64,000 nucleotides of DNA from Toensbergia leucococca. Lineage: Eukaryota. A program made the position numbers and the translations under genes. Shown in pieces: positions 38,740-52,042 of the stretch. How positions within the stretch are numbered: position 1 is the first letter of the stretch; each line of letters opens with the position of its first letter. Under the pieces are notes generated by a model. The model made no database searches, had not been told where the DNA came from, and worked only from the letters and a program-made list of their open reading frames with translations. The stretch spans positions 62,001-126,000 of the forward strand of contig JALDZS010000006.1 in the NCBI GenBank assembly GCA_022813965.1, read 5' to 3'.

Positions 38740-40453
38740 GGGTTTGGTTTTGAATCGGGGTTGTGTGGGGCGCTTGAATTGGGGGGATTCTTTGTTTCTG
38801 TGCTGTTTGTATATCTTCTCTTTTTTTCCTGTCTTTGCACGAGAGGTGGTTGCTGCCCTGATATTCTTCAAGGGAATAGAAAAATGGGAAATGTTGGGAA
38901 TAAAGTAGAGATGTAAAATCTAATCAAAAGATACCAACCTGCACTTTTTCTTTTTCTTTTTTTTTTCTTTTCTTCTCTCAAATGTGATTTGTTGGATTAT
39001 TTTTTTTTGGGATGAATCAATGATACCGTATAAACTGTTATATGAGATTGTAGTCTTACCTATAATCCGTCCATCAACTATAGTAACATATTTACAAAAT
39101 AAAGCCATGGTCTACCTAATAGATATCGTTAGTTTCCTCGGGGAAGGTGGGTGGTTGGGGGGTTGGGGAGGGCGCGGGGGGGTGGGGAAGTCTGCCACCA
39201 CTATTTTCCCCTTTCCCCTTTTTTTCAATTGAGAGAAATAATTTCATCATTCAATAGATAATTCACTATTTAGAATACTAGGTCAGCCTTGCTCCTAAAA
39301 GATCTGATCTTTGACCTTTCAATCTTGAAGGTTCTGATTTTTTGTGGGACTTTTGAGTGGGCGCCTTTTTTAGTTTGAGGTGATTGGATTAGGGGAGGGA
39401 ATTTTTTTTTTTTGGATGAATGAGGTGAGCAAGGGGATGTGAATTATATTAAAAACCCCTAAAAAAACTTCACATCCCTCAAATTCAACCCACAGGCAGG
39501 TCAATATGATCTAATCTTACTCACAGACACTCAACACCCTCAGTTTCTCAAGAAGGGGCAAATTTGAAACCATACTTTATCTTGTACTTCAGTAGGTATT
39601 GATATCTTGTAACTCAAAAAAACCGACTCAGCATCTTTACATGATCAGATTTATAACGGGCTGTAGGTTACCTTACTATTTCTCTACCAATCACGTAAAG
39701 GGTAAAAACCTCATTCTGTCACCCCCCTTCTTACCCCCTACATGCTCGGCACAACTCTAATAGGAAATCCGTGCGGTTCGGAGCCTAAACATTTCAAATG
39801 TGACAAGGGCAGACTAGAGAGACAGGGCAAAAGCACCCAAGTCAATCTGGCATTATTCATCTATCCTATCCTAGCTATCAGAGTTGCCCCATCCCCCAAC
39901 CCCCAACCATGGTTCCGGTTTTCCAAAAGCCAGCAATCCCCAACGCAACGCTTACACATATCCCATGCCAAAAGGAGCATTAGATGAGAAGTTGTGGGAA
40001 TAGGAAAAAAGAAACAGGAGCCCACCCAGCCCGTGATAGAATAGCTGAACAAGATGCTGAGAGATATGGCGAAACGAGGCACAGATAAGAAGGGTTAGGA
40101 GGATCATTTCTGTCATGGGGTGGCGGTGCCGCGGACGCGTAGGAACGGTACATCAGAGATGCGTGAATATCAAATAAAAGGATTCGCGGTAAGAAGCAGG
40201 AGGGAAATCTCTAGCCTGGAGCGAGATATGCCAAAATGTGTCGTGAAAGCGGAAAAGTGCCACGACTTTGGAAATCGCTGAAAGGACGAGTCGATTCCTG
40301 ATATAAACGCCTGTGCAATGCATAGATGGAAGAAAAATCTCCAAGAGGAACGCCGCGATTGGTCGCATACACAGGGCCAGTGAACAGCAGAAAGTAGATG
40401 GCGATCTACGCAAAGAAAGGCATAGTCTAGAACATATAGTGTTGTATTCGATT

Positions 40454-42827
40454 CTATATCGGTTGCTGGAGGAGGTGGTGGGCCGAAATCAGCTGGCTGG
40501 GAGCCGCTAAGCTGGTGCCTGGAATTCGCATCGATGCCGAGGACATGCTGGCGAGATTCGACATTGGATTTTGTAGATAGCTATGGTCTACAAGGGGAGA
40601 CACGTCTTGCAAGGCGCCAAATTCGTTCTCTTCATTTTCAAGCTCTTCATCGCTGTAGGTGCTCATATCTCCACTCGCTCGTGATTCGTGGGTACGGCGG
40701 TGTCTAGGATTGAGATTAGCAATGTCTCGGGGAGTTTTGCTCATGCAAGGTACATGGCGGAGGCTTACTGGGCGAGATTGTCAGATCGTGAAAAAGCCTT
40801 GTTGCAATGCGGGCAGATGTATGGTTTCTCTTGTGTGTGGGTCCTTACGTGCCTAGCCGCCAGAATTGTCAGCGCCTACAGAAATTGCCAAAAACCTTAA
40901 AATCCATGCAGGGATACGGAACGTATCAGACATACCGTTTCAAATGTTCTAGTCTCTTGAAGAGGCGCCCACACGTAGGAATTGGGCATGATAGTGACTT
41001 CTGTGGGTAGGGACCAAGCTCCATCATCGTAGCGCTTCGGGCTCGCCGTATCGGGCCTGGCCGGTCACTTCGCGTTGATGGACTGTTGTTGAGAGATTGC
41101 GGCGTCATATTGTCCCCCGGATACGCTGTATAGTCGTCGGGACGTTGCATCATGCTCATGGGGTTCTGAGCTGGGCTTCCCTCCAAGGTAGGCAGTGGTG
41201 TACCATTACGAGACAGGCCGAGTAGCTCTTTTTGCTGAGCAATCAGATTCGAATAACCATTCATCAGAGCAGGTGGAGAATGATGCTCGACGTCTTCACC
41301 CTCACCCGCCGGTCCTACCGAGTTCGAGATAGATCGGCGAAGATCGCTTGGTCGGTGAACTGCATGTGGTATTCCATTACTGGTGGCTGTTGCAATAGCG
41401 GCCATGGTCCCTGGAGGAATTGACGACCGTCGTCGCCTCTGCTTATACGTGGGTGAGCCCTCAATGACCGAGTAAACATTATTTGATGGATAGCCCCGAC
41501 CTGCTGGGGGATATTGGGCATCGGACAGATTTGAAGGTGGCAACTGCATCATAGTGTTGAAGTTTTGAGACGGGTCAAGATCTGGAATGGCTGTATAGAG
41601 CCCCGTATGTTCGTTTGCAATGTATGCCGGCTCTGCGCCGAGAGATTGCGCATGTTGGGGTGGAGTGACTGGCTCGAACGAGATGCCTCGATTGCTGTAG
41701 TCTTCATATTGCGACGAGACAAAAGAAGGTGCGGGAGAGTATTCCATGTATGTAGGCATTGAAGTATGACGCTGATGTACTTTAGTGAGCGGGATTCCAT
41801 TTCGATCGTACTGCATCTGTCCATAATCCTGCTCTCGCTTGACAAAGTTCGTCGCCATAGTAGACGGCATCGATACCTGGGAATAAGCTGCCATGGGTTG
41901 ACTGATCTCTTCTGTGACCGCTGGCATCGTTTGCGGTACCATTTGCGGTGGGGGCATTGAGTCCACTGCGCGCATAACAGGAGAAGTTGACTGTGAGTAT
42001 GCGCTTCCATTTGCATTTGGAATCAAGGAGGACGTGTTTGCTTGCTGTGCCTTGGTGAGCTGCTCAAATAGAGATTGCGAGGAATCAAACTCGAAAGACA
42101 GCGCCGGCTCGTTCACAGCCATGGTTGTTGCTTCCTGGCTCATCTTCTCTCGCTTTAAATCTCTCTCAAGAGCGTCGAGGAAAAGCCGGTCGTGAGGTAC
42201 ACTATACCAGTAGAAAACCTTTTGCTTTTTTTGCGTTCTTATGCAATTGTTCTTATACATGAAATCTAGAAATGCGCTTTTGGGTTCTTCAAGTGATGCA
42301 TCGGTACCAGATTTGAGGTTGCGCAAGTCGGAAAAGATGCCCTCTTCGAATTTCTTCGAGTTCTTCACAGGTCGACCAAATGCCTGAAATCGAAAGGAAA
42401 GGCAGCGTACGATGTCCGTCCCGGATATATGGAAGAGATTGTTCCTGCACTGTGTTAGCATATTCTCCAATCGCCCCGGGTGTCAAGTTTACCATAATAC
42501 GCAAGACACATATTCGCCAGTTGGTAGTAGGAACCTTCGTATGTACTGGTCTGGCGTCCAATCCACAGGCGCAGATATGAGGAAGTATTTAACTGCCCAA
42601 GTTTGTTAGCCCGGGTTCATCAAGGCGCAATTGTTCGCCAGAGTTACGGCAACGAGACAAGAATATAGTCTAAATGAAGCATATACAGAAAGGATTTACT
42701 TACGGTTATCGACTTGTTGAAGAGCAACTTGCGCATCCTGAGGTAAACTCTGTTGGGCTTCATCGGACAGCATAAAAGTCTCTGGCTTCTGCGGCGGCGC
42801 CATTGCCGCATGGTTTTGCGAGTACAT
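40454..42827 (-). CDS. STE12: Ste12/SteA transcription factor (STE domain plus two C2H2 zinc fingers), 5 exons
   Basis: MYSQ...[113 protein letters not shown]. Confidence 0.98.
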
Positions 42828-45553
42828 TGCTGGAGTCTTTGGGAATTGATCAACTGCGCGATCTGAAGTTCAGAGGGATGTTGCGGCTATAGGGTGCAGC
42901 AGTGGTGGGTGAGGCGGTGCTCGTAGCGTCAAAACAGGATAGACTCCAAGAGACACGGGATGATGGTAATGCAAGCCACCGGATAATAGATCTTTCAATG
43001 GAGAAACAGCGATCGTGGAGCTTGAAACAAAGCGTAGCTATCGACCTAGAGGAACCGGCCTCGAGGTTTCCTGACGCTCGAGCGGTGTTTGACGAAGAGA
43101 GGGAGAAGTCAGGCCGGCCCGTCGAAGTCTCTGGTCTCTACTCGCTCGGTCTCGTGGTTTGGAAAGCAACAGAAACGAAGGAAGAAAGAAAAGAAAGTGA
43201 GGTGTCGTTGTCTGGTGCGGTGGGGACGGTAGAGGGACGAGAAGGTGTTTTTGCTCGAGGATTCGCGACAAGTAAAGAGTAGGCAGACGACTTGAAACTG
43301 TGGGATGGACAGGGCGGTAAAGAGGGGAGGGGCAAGACTATGTTTGAGAGTTGGTTAGGTTGATCGGACGCTGGAGTGGCTGTAGGGGCGGGTTTAGGGA
43401 AGCGCCGAAGGGGGTGTGGCCTGTCAGGGGTTTGGGCCACCAGTCTTGCCCTCGGTCGTGTTATTGTGCAAGCTGCATTGGTTTAATGCTCCGTTCAAGG
43501 TAGACAACACCTTCTTTCCAGCAGAATTCCTATATCTTGTGATAATACTGTACAGCCTACAAGAGACTACGAAGAGAATTGGCAGCCTTGGTTATCTGGT
43601 CAGCATCGACTCGAGCGGTAAGATGGTCAATACCCCGTCCCACTCCCACTCCCACTGCCAGGATGCGCACTTGTTCCCGGAGACGGTGAAGTTGCTCGAT
43701 TGGCGTAGACTTGGTCATGCGGTGTGACACGGCGAGAGTTCAGAATGTGGGATCATTGGCCGGCGAGCAAAGTGTAGTGGCTTTTTGATTGCCAGCAGCG
43801 CCGTTTCTAATTTAAAATCGACTGATGAAACATCAACTGGCTCGCTTCAAATTACGTAGTTCTATCTCGTATTTGAGTAAATGCAACCGTCAAAGGTCAA
43901 AGGGTACCTTAACTAACTCTTCTGATACCCAACTTACCCTTTGTTCATTGTCATAGATCAAGTAGCCATCTGAGACCTGCCTATAAGACACTCAACAACT
44001 TGGGCACTACCCTTTATCTTCTTGTCTTACATTGTCGACCACATTCTCGCTTACCCGGTTCATCTGTGCGCTTTTATTCCCCTGGTGTACATCTGCTCCG
44101 TAGGTAGACACATCATGCCTTACCCACCCAGTCATTCGCTGCATAAACGCGTCTCAATTGAACATCCATGAAAACGAATCCATGTCCACATAGTGCTTAT
44201 ATCTTCAAGATCCCCATGCCCACTGAAGGGCGGGGAGATCGCAAAGTAGGAAGTACTGTTGGGAAGAAATGCACGTTTTCCGTCTCGGAGAAATATGTGC
44301 CAAAGGTTAATGGCCTGGATGATGGCGTGATAGGAGCGGCAGATGGGGGCCGAGCCACGCCGTGTTGATGAATTCAAATGCACCGTTCATCATTGTGTGG
44401 GGGTGGGAGGTCAGCACTGCATCATTAGAGAAACAGGGAAGATCGCGTGTTTGATCGGCTTGCTGAAACAAGCAACAAGCAACATGCGCGCCAACGAAGC
44501 CATCCACTACAAATAACACTCGAGCCCCAATCAACTTCTTAACCATGCTATCCATGAGGAACATGATTCTGCCTTTCAATTTCTTTGCCCTGAGCGTGTC
44601 GCCCGCATTGTTTCTGGCGAATCAGCTTGCTGGGCCGTAAAGTCCCGAATTTAGGTACCAATGTACCTCTGAACGTGGTCCACTAAGTGGCCTTCATTGT
44701 GGGATAGTGTACTTGCAAGTTGCAAGTTGCATAACCTTCTGAACTTATATGCGCCGACTCGATTATGCAGGAGTGATGGACACCTCAAGTCATTACTCTT
44801 GAGAATCGGCTACCCTGAGACTCTCGAAAAACAGGGCACAAGAGCCGCAGCATTCTTCAACATGATAAATCGTGGTCTCGTGTATGAGACCACTCGTCAA
44901 GGTCTCAGGTCCTGCCCTGGCGTATGGCGCAGGGCAGATCCCCGAGCTAATGCAGGTCATGGTTCGTGAGACCGTGGCCCCTTGGTTCCTGACGCAAAAG
45001 CAAGCTGTTTCTTATGCAACCCACCCACCTGCAGGTCGATGCTGAGCTCTCTACTTGACGCTTTCTCATCGGCCGACGTTGACGACATTCCTGACCTAGC
45101 ACCTGCTTGCGTGTCCCAAGGATGAACATTTGCCTGCTTTATTTGCCGACGCTGGGAGATAGTACCTGGCCATGGTCATGCGGACCACTCCATTTCGCCA
45201 ACAATTAAGATTCTTCTGCATATATCACAGGGAACGTCGCTGCTGTGTCAGTAATGCCTCGTAAGGCGCCTCTGCTAGCCGACCTGCCGTTTCAAATGCG
45301 ACGTCATGAATGAGGAGTAAGGTGTTGACATATCCAAGTCGCCAATGAGCATCTCCGTATATTTGCTTCGGCACCGCGACGAACATTTAAAAAATTAGTC
45401 TTTAAACAACTTATTCCATAGGTCTCGGACGCCAACCTTGATCTCCATGTCGAGGACCGTCGGATGATTTGTAAAGTTAACGGGGACCCAAGCCGCAACA
45501 TGTCAAAGCGTGCATACGGTCTGCGGCTCTAAGACTCTTATTGAAGAAGAGAT

Positions 45554-46465
45554 CTACCTTTTCCCGACCCTCTCTTTGGAAATCTTCCGAGGCCCTTCAA
45601 TATCTGCCACATCCTTCTTACTCAGCTTCAACATTCCGCCCTGAAATTTTCCAACGCTCGGTGCTCCGATGCCTCTCTGTCTCCTTGCATCGCCAACCTT
45701 CTTTATTTTCACCGCCTTCTCTAATACAATACCATTCTCTTTAGCCTCAGTTCTCCGGATCTCGTCTCTTTTTGTAGCCTTTGCCACGATACCCTTCCTG
45801 TGGGTCAAAGGCATCTTTTGCTGAGACATAATGGATGATTTGGAACCTAAACCCTGGAGTCGTAGGTCTAGCGCTTTTTGTCGATTCTGGCCTGATGGTG
45901 CCAGCGACGAATGGGAATCAAGCAGGTGAGACTCCCTTAGCAAACGTTGTAACGCAAGGTCTTTTTTCAAGTTTGCGGCTTCGGTGGCTGCATCTTCTGA
46001 ATCGTTCGTAGTAGGTTGCTTCATTTTGGCCGTAGTCATTTTGCTAAGTGTAGAGGGAGGCTTCGTACTCTAGCATGTGCAAGCTATCTATCAGCTCATA
46101 TACGGTAGGTTTCAATAGAGGATCCATTGCAATACCATAAATTTTTTCACCTCTTCTTTTGGAACGTCCGCTGTAGACCAGCTCGTTGAGTTGGAAAGTT
46201 CGACTACTTGGACCTGCCTCTGCTCTTGATCATCCGACAAACCCTCCCAGTCAGATTGATCATTGTTGTCTTCGGGTTCGCTTTCTATCTTTAGCCGCTC
46301 GCTCAAAGGGGAATTAACACCCTGTAGTGGGCGAAATGTAGTCTCGAAGTGTTGCTGGAAAAGAGCTTGCAAGCGATCGTTGTTTTGGCACAAATTTGTC
46401 TCTGCTTCAGGCTCCAAATCAGACCCATGAGCTCTACGTTTCCTCTTGCTTTGAGGTAAAATCAT
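45554..46465 (-). CDS. FAF1: Pre-rRNA processing protein Faf1-like, 2 exons
   Basis: FQQHFE, NLKKDLALQRLLRESHLL, KMP..HRKGI, RR.EAKENGIVLE, VGKF.GG.LKLSKKD; intron 46069-46135. Confidence 0.8.
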
Positions 46466-46600
46466 AGTTGATGCCTTGGATAATTGTATGCAGGGAATTT
46501 AGAAAGCCGTCAACTCCCGTCGGTAACCGTCGCTATTCTAGAATAGAGGTCCCACGTGCCACCTTCAATTTCATCCTTGCGAAACAGTTTCAACCCAACT

Positions 46601-47488
46601 ATGACACGATTTAGACCATGCATTGACCTGCACTCTGGTCAAGTCAAGCAGATTGTGGGCTCCACCTTGAGCTCCGAGCCCTCAAACCTGAAAACTAATT
46701 ATGTGTCTAAACTCCCGGCAAGTCACTTTACAAAGCTTTACAAAGACCACGCCCTTAACGGCGCACATGTCATTATGCTTGGTCCTGGGAATGAAGAGGC
46801 TGCCAAAGAAGCTTTGTCCGCCTGGCCGGGAGCTTTACAGGTAGGTGGCGGTATCACCGAGCATAATGCATGGCAGTGGATCCAATGCGGCGCAGAGAAG
46901 GTTAGTTGAACTATGATTGAAGGCCATCCTTCCTAGGTGCTGACTTCCTCTAGTAGGTTATTGTGACATCTTATCTATTCCAGGATGCGAAGTTTTCTAT
47001 GGGCCGTCTAAAGGCTGTGTTAAGTGCCATTAAGGACGATAAGAACAAGCTAGTCATTGACCTAAGTTGTCGAAGACAAGATGAAAAATGGATAGTGGCA
47101 ATGAACAAATGGCAAACGCTAACTGACATGGAGTTGAACGAGCGTCAGTAGTCTCCGTCGGTGATAATATATCACTTCTTCAACTGCGCTGACAATTGAC
47201 CTTTTAGAATCTATTAAACTCTTGGAACCATTTTGCTCCGAATTCCTAATACACGCCGCAGACAATGAAGGCCTGCAACGTGGTATCGATGAAAAACTGG
47301 TGGAGAAACTGGGTCAATGGTGTACGGTCCCGGTGACGTATGCTGGCGGAGGAAAGAGTGTTGATGACCTTGATAGGGTGAAGAGGATTAGTTGTGGTCA
47401 TGTGGACCTAACAATTGGAAGTGCACTGGACATCTTTGGTGGGAAAGGAGTAAAGTTGGAGGACTGCGTACTGTGGAATGAACAGTAA
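46601..47488 (+). CDS. HIS6: ProFAR isomerase (histidine biosynthesis), 3 exons
   Basis: [71 protein letters not shown]. Confidence 0.97.
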
Positions 47489-47947
47489 TGAGAAGCGTGA
47501 TACTCATAGAGCTTGAATCTCTTGATTCTTTGGAACAGTATGAATTTTCACAGAAATGCTCACAGATTAGTCCTAATGCTCCATCACCTCTGATCAAGCT
47601 TGAACTGTCCCTTTGCTCGTCAAAAGCAATTACCTATCTTACCCGTTAGCCACATATTACGTCAAAAGTGTATGAATCTCCGAATCTTGTAGATTGTAAG
47701 CAAAACGTTTGAGAAGACAATCCGCCTGCAAAACCCGAACGCGCCAAAATCCGCCCCAACTCCCAAGCGGGCGAAGCCTCATCATCTACAACGACAGCAT
47801 CATCTTATTCATTAAACCATCAACCCTCCATTCACTCTCACTCCACTCTCCTCGACCTCTTACTACAACCCTCACTACCCACTAAACAACCACCCACATC
47901 TCCCCCGAACCCCAACCTCCGAAATCCTAACCCCCAACATCGCCACA

Positions 47948-48484
47948 ATGAAACCCGTCGTCTCAGCCCTCAACGCATGGAGCTGGTACACATTCCTCAA
48001 AACGCACCATCCCCCAAGAAAAAGAAAAACTAACACCTCCCTCGCAACAGCATCGTCGTCTCCGTCGCCGCAATCATAATCCTCTCCATAATCGGCGGCC
48101 TTTTCGCAGTACGTAAACCCCCCAATCACAAACTGGGAAAGAGAAGCCAGGGGCAAGGGACGCTTGTTGGATTTCTTGATATGGGAGGCTGATACAGGAT
48201 CTTTGTGGCAATACAGGAGAATCATTACAGCATGGTTGGTTCGGTTGACGATCCAGAAGACGGGCCCGCCGTGGCAGTCAGCATTTTTGTGGCCGTGGGG
48301 ATATACGTCGTACGTTTTTTTCTCTCCTACTCCCAAGACTTGTCTTCCGAACTGGGGAAGGGCGGGTCTTGGAAAACCGCAAAGCAGAGCTGACGGGGTG
48401 CGATAGCTTTTCTTGATCTTTTGCGGGTTTCAGGCGTATCTGCATGTTCGGGCTAGTAAGAGGGGGACCATCACGTTGAATTGA
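47948..48484 (+). CDS. V-ATPase Vo subunit f / ribonuclease-kappa homologue (~89 aa), 4 exons
   Basis: Exons 47948-47985, 48051-48108, 48217-48309 and 48407-48484 splice to MKPVVSALNAWSCIVVSVAAIIILSIIGGLFAENHYSMVGSVDDPEDGPAVAVSIFVAVGIYVLFLIFCGFQAYLHVRASKRGTITLN*; two TM helices. Confidence 0.85.
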
Positions 48485-48749
48485 AGGGGGACGAGGGGGA
48501 TGTGAGGGAGGGGGAAAGGCGTTGGAGTTTGGGAAGTGGAGATTTTTTCTTGCTGGCTGGGTGATGGAATATACGGCCTTCGTTTTTACAATGGGGCAAT
48601 TGATCACAGATCCTTAAGTACTTATCCTGCAATCTGAGGCCATGAACAGGCATATAAAACGGTTCTGATGGCTACTACACAAGACAAACCCAGTTGGGAA
48701 TATACCGAGATTTCAAATCATTAATTTCGAAAGACTCCAAATTCAGAAT

Positions 48750-51480
48750 ATCTGCCACACACAAAATTTTGGAATCATGCTCATAATTCATTCTTAGCGA
48801 TGCTGAGCCAAAGTCTCTGCCTCCTAATAATCCCCTTCATCTCTAATTCTTTCAACGACAACCTCGTTTGGATCGTACAAAGACTCACCGTCCATCAAGT
48901 CCCCAGGATTCACATCACTTCCCCTGAAAGCATCTCAAATGCAATTTCTCACGCCTATCTCTTCTTCTGACCAGGTCCCAGTAGATCATCCCTAGCAACG
49001 GTTTCACAGATTTTGCTTGCCCAGCTCCCCCTCACTCACAGCGATCAATCATTCCCTTTATGCCACTGTGACAAAGCTGGTTTCGTCTGGCGTAGGCTTT
49101 GATCTCGAATTTGATCTGATCAGGAGCAACGCTCATCCTCGCTGCTGCGTCCTCAACACTGTCCGGAATTGATGTTGGTATAGGGGGGTGGCTGTGTGCT
49201 CTCCGTTGAAGCAAGAGTCTCTCCGCCTCCTCAATGCTATCAGCTACGGCTTGTCAGTCCAATTTCGGTATCTGATTTCATCTCGCTTCAGAATAGGCAT
49301 TCATTCTTGATTCTTCAAGCTTGACCGCGAGCCAGTCTGCATATTTGATCTGCAAACGTATCTTAGTCCGCCACCTACGCAAGGTGAACTCTGTGTTGGT
49401 TCTGGCATCGGTCCTAGGACGATGTTCATGAGCTCGGTGAAGGTGAAGGACGACGTCCCAGTTCCTTGTGGTATTCTAATTGGCTGTAATTGTCCGATGC
49501 CTAGTACGTTGAATGCTAGATAGTGCCGGTCATCTGGATGTACTAAGACGGCTCAGTAGTCATGCTTGATATCAAATTGTCCTAGGGTTTTGTGGGAAGG
49601 ATTCGTCAATAGATCGTGGATCCGGGTTACCAGTTCCATATGACTAGCTGGTTTTTCCTCGAAAATGAAATGATAACTAAAGGTCAGCCTTGATTGTGCT
49701 TGATCCTTCTTCAGTACCAGCACGGGTGCTGCATTCCACTGTAACAACTTCCCGTTGGCCGTTATTGTTCTCTCATACATGCCAGCCTTCATTCCTTCCT
49801 CTATCATCTTTCTGTACCACCATTCCTTGTCGTTCGCAGACCTACGTTGGCGGGAACTATAGGGTTTAATCCCTTCCTCAGGAACAATCCTGTGGATTAT
49901 CAGGTCCGTTGCAGGTATATCGTTTAACGATTTCGCATTCAGCTCGCGGTACGTCTATAGCAATTGAAGTACGTTTAGTCTCAACATCTCATTAGGAATC
50001 ACCTCTCTCAAAGTTAATTTCTCCTCTTCGGCCTAGTTATTCAGGAATTCAAGACTTTTGGATTCATCTATCTCCTTTCTAACGATTCGTCGCGATGTCA
50101 GGGATGCTCGATGTTGGTTGTCTGCGCCCATGGATTCCGATGTTTTCACCTCCGCTGGGAAAGATTTGAACGATGATACAGGACAAGGTCGGTGAAGTCT
50201 CCTCTCTTCACGATGGTAAATCTCCTCTTCTCAATTTCGGGTTTCAATATCTTCGTCAATATTTTGTTGTTGCTGCCTTGGATGTAGCAGACATACGTAC
50301 ATTCTATCACATCGGCATTCAGGAAGATCATTTGGATCTTCAGTTGATGAGTCATACGTCCATTTCATGGTCAATCCAGCATGGTTGATTTCGAAATTAT
50401 GGGGGTCGGAGTCTTTATTCTTGCTTTCCAGATTCTGGAACTTTCTTCGTCCCTCCTCACTCAATAACTCAACTTCGCGTGCTAGTGTATCTTCATGTTC
50501 TTCGTCTTCATCCTTGACAGAGTTCTTCTCCTCCCGCCGTTGGAGAATATCGTACCTCAGAGCTGCAGGTGATAGATCACAATACTCAAATGAATAGTAT
50601 AATGCTGTAGACAGTACAACTTGATTGTGAGTAGCAAGATTTGATGAAGTGATGCAAATTGAACTTAAAATAATGACGTGATGTAGAAGTGAGGCAAGGT
50701 GATTGTTCAAGATGAGGTGATCATTCAAGACAAGGTGATTGTTCAAGGCAAGGTGGTGATTTGAAGTCTTAGCCTTCAGTTGTCTAGTGTAGGTATTTGC
50801 CTTGGACCGTCTGAGTTAACGCATGCACAATATCTGCGGCACTATAGCATTTCTCTCATTGAGACATCAATTCGCTTTCACAAGTATTTATTACGTTCTC
50901 CTCCGTCTTTGTTTTCTTTTTCTCAGCTTATCATAGTGTAGAGCCTCACATTTGATCTTGATCCTCTGAATGAGTCTCTGGAGCCGCGGAGATATGTTTT
51001 GTATCTGACGGGACATGTGAGCATATTTGGTCCGGCGCTTCAGACCATCTGCATCTGAAGGCCCTTCAATGGGCGGAGGCCACGGTGCTGTTTCAACACG
51101 TGACTGCTGAGGTTGAGGGATCTGAATTGACTCTGTGGACGGGGTTAGAGGTAGATGGAAAGCGCGGGAAAGTTTTTTGAAGCTAGACATCTTGAGAAAA
51201 GCAGACAATCCTTTTCACTGATTGGAAGAGGCTTCGTAGAGGCTCTTCAATTGCACAATTTAGCTGCTCTTCAGAATCATGTGGAGCTCGCTTCTCCTAT
51301 GAGTCGGTATGCTATCACCCGAGAGTGTACTTCCTTTGCTACCCGTATAATCTGGTATACAGGACTATAGTCCTATAGCCCGTTTGTCACCAAATGGCTA
51401 TCCGGAACTATGTCTTGTGGTTCAGTAGTATCTTATATATCAGTAGTATCTTATATACCAGTAGTATCCTATAGGCAGTT
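48750..51480 (-). mobile_element. Degenerate Ty3/Gypsy LTR retrotransposon remnant (boundaries approximate)
   Basis: RT-like frame ~49410-49990: TDLIIHRI...WNAAPVLV.K...RLTFSY...FDIKHDY*AVLVHPDDRHYLAF...QP.RIPQG; in-frame stops; catalytic YxDD part not seen (deleted). Confidence 0.85.
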
Positions 51481-52042
51481 CCTTGGGAATGGTCTGTGTA
51501 GTGAAATCAGTACATTCACTTGAGAAGATCACCGTATTCATTATTAACCTCTCCAACACCTCCATACCTAGCTGTGAATGGGAGCGGGGACAATGAGCTA
51601 TGAATCAAGGATATATCAGATGTACAGGTGGGGGACTGGACTTAGAAGACCGGAAGAGCTATCCAAACTTGCTTCGATTGGGGAGGATAGGAAGGAGGCG
51701 AAGGAGAAGAATGAGGATGAGGGGTATGAGTTAGTAAATGAGAATGACGAGGAGGTGGAGTACATACCTGAAAGCCCACAAGTAGAAGGATCGATCAGTA
51801 GGTGAATATTATCTTATAGACCAAAACTCCTTCGGTCTCAAAAAGTCGATTTGGGACCATGTCTCATAGGCCAGTAGTATCTTATATGCCAGATAAAATG
51901 CTATTGAACAGCGTAAGATCAGAAGATTTCTAAGCCGCCGTCGCTATGCCGAAAGGTGGACGTTCGCTCACTGTGCCGTACTAACTCCAGCAATGCAAAT
52001 TCCATCAAATCATACAAACATGAATCTTCCCACACCGACCCA

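Noticed and set aside
2948..42827. A mating-type (MAT) locus
   Set aside because: No alpha-box or HMG MAT ORF, and no APN2/SLA2 flanking genes seen in the window
42902..43727. ORFs of 77-126 aa upstream of STE12
   Set aside because: Pyrimidine/purine-biased leader and promoter sequence; non-ATG starts; no protein features
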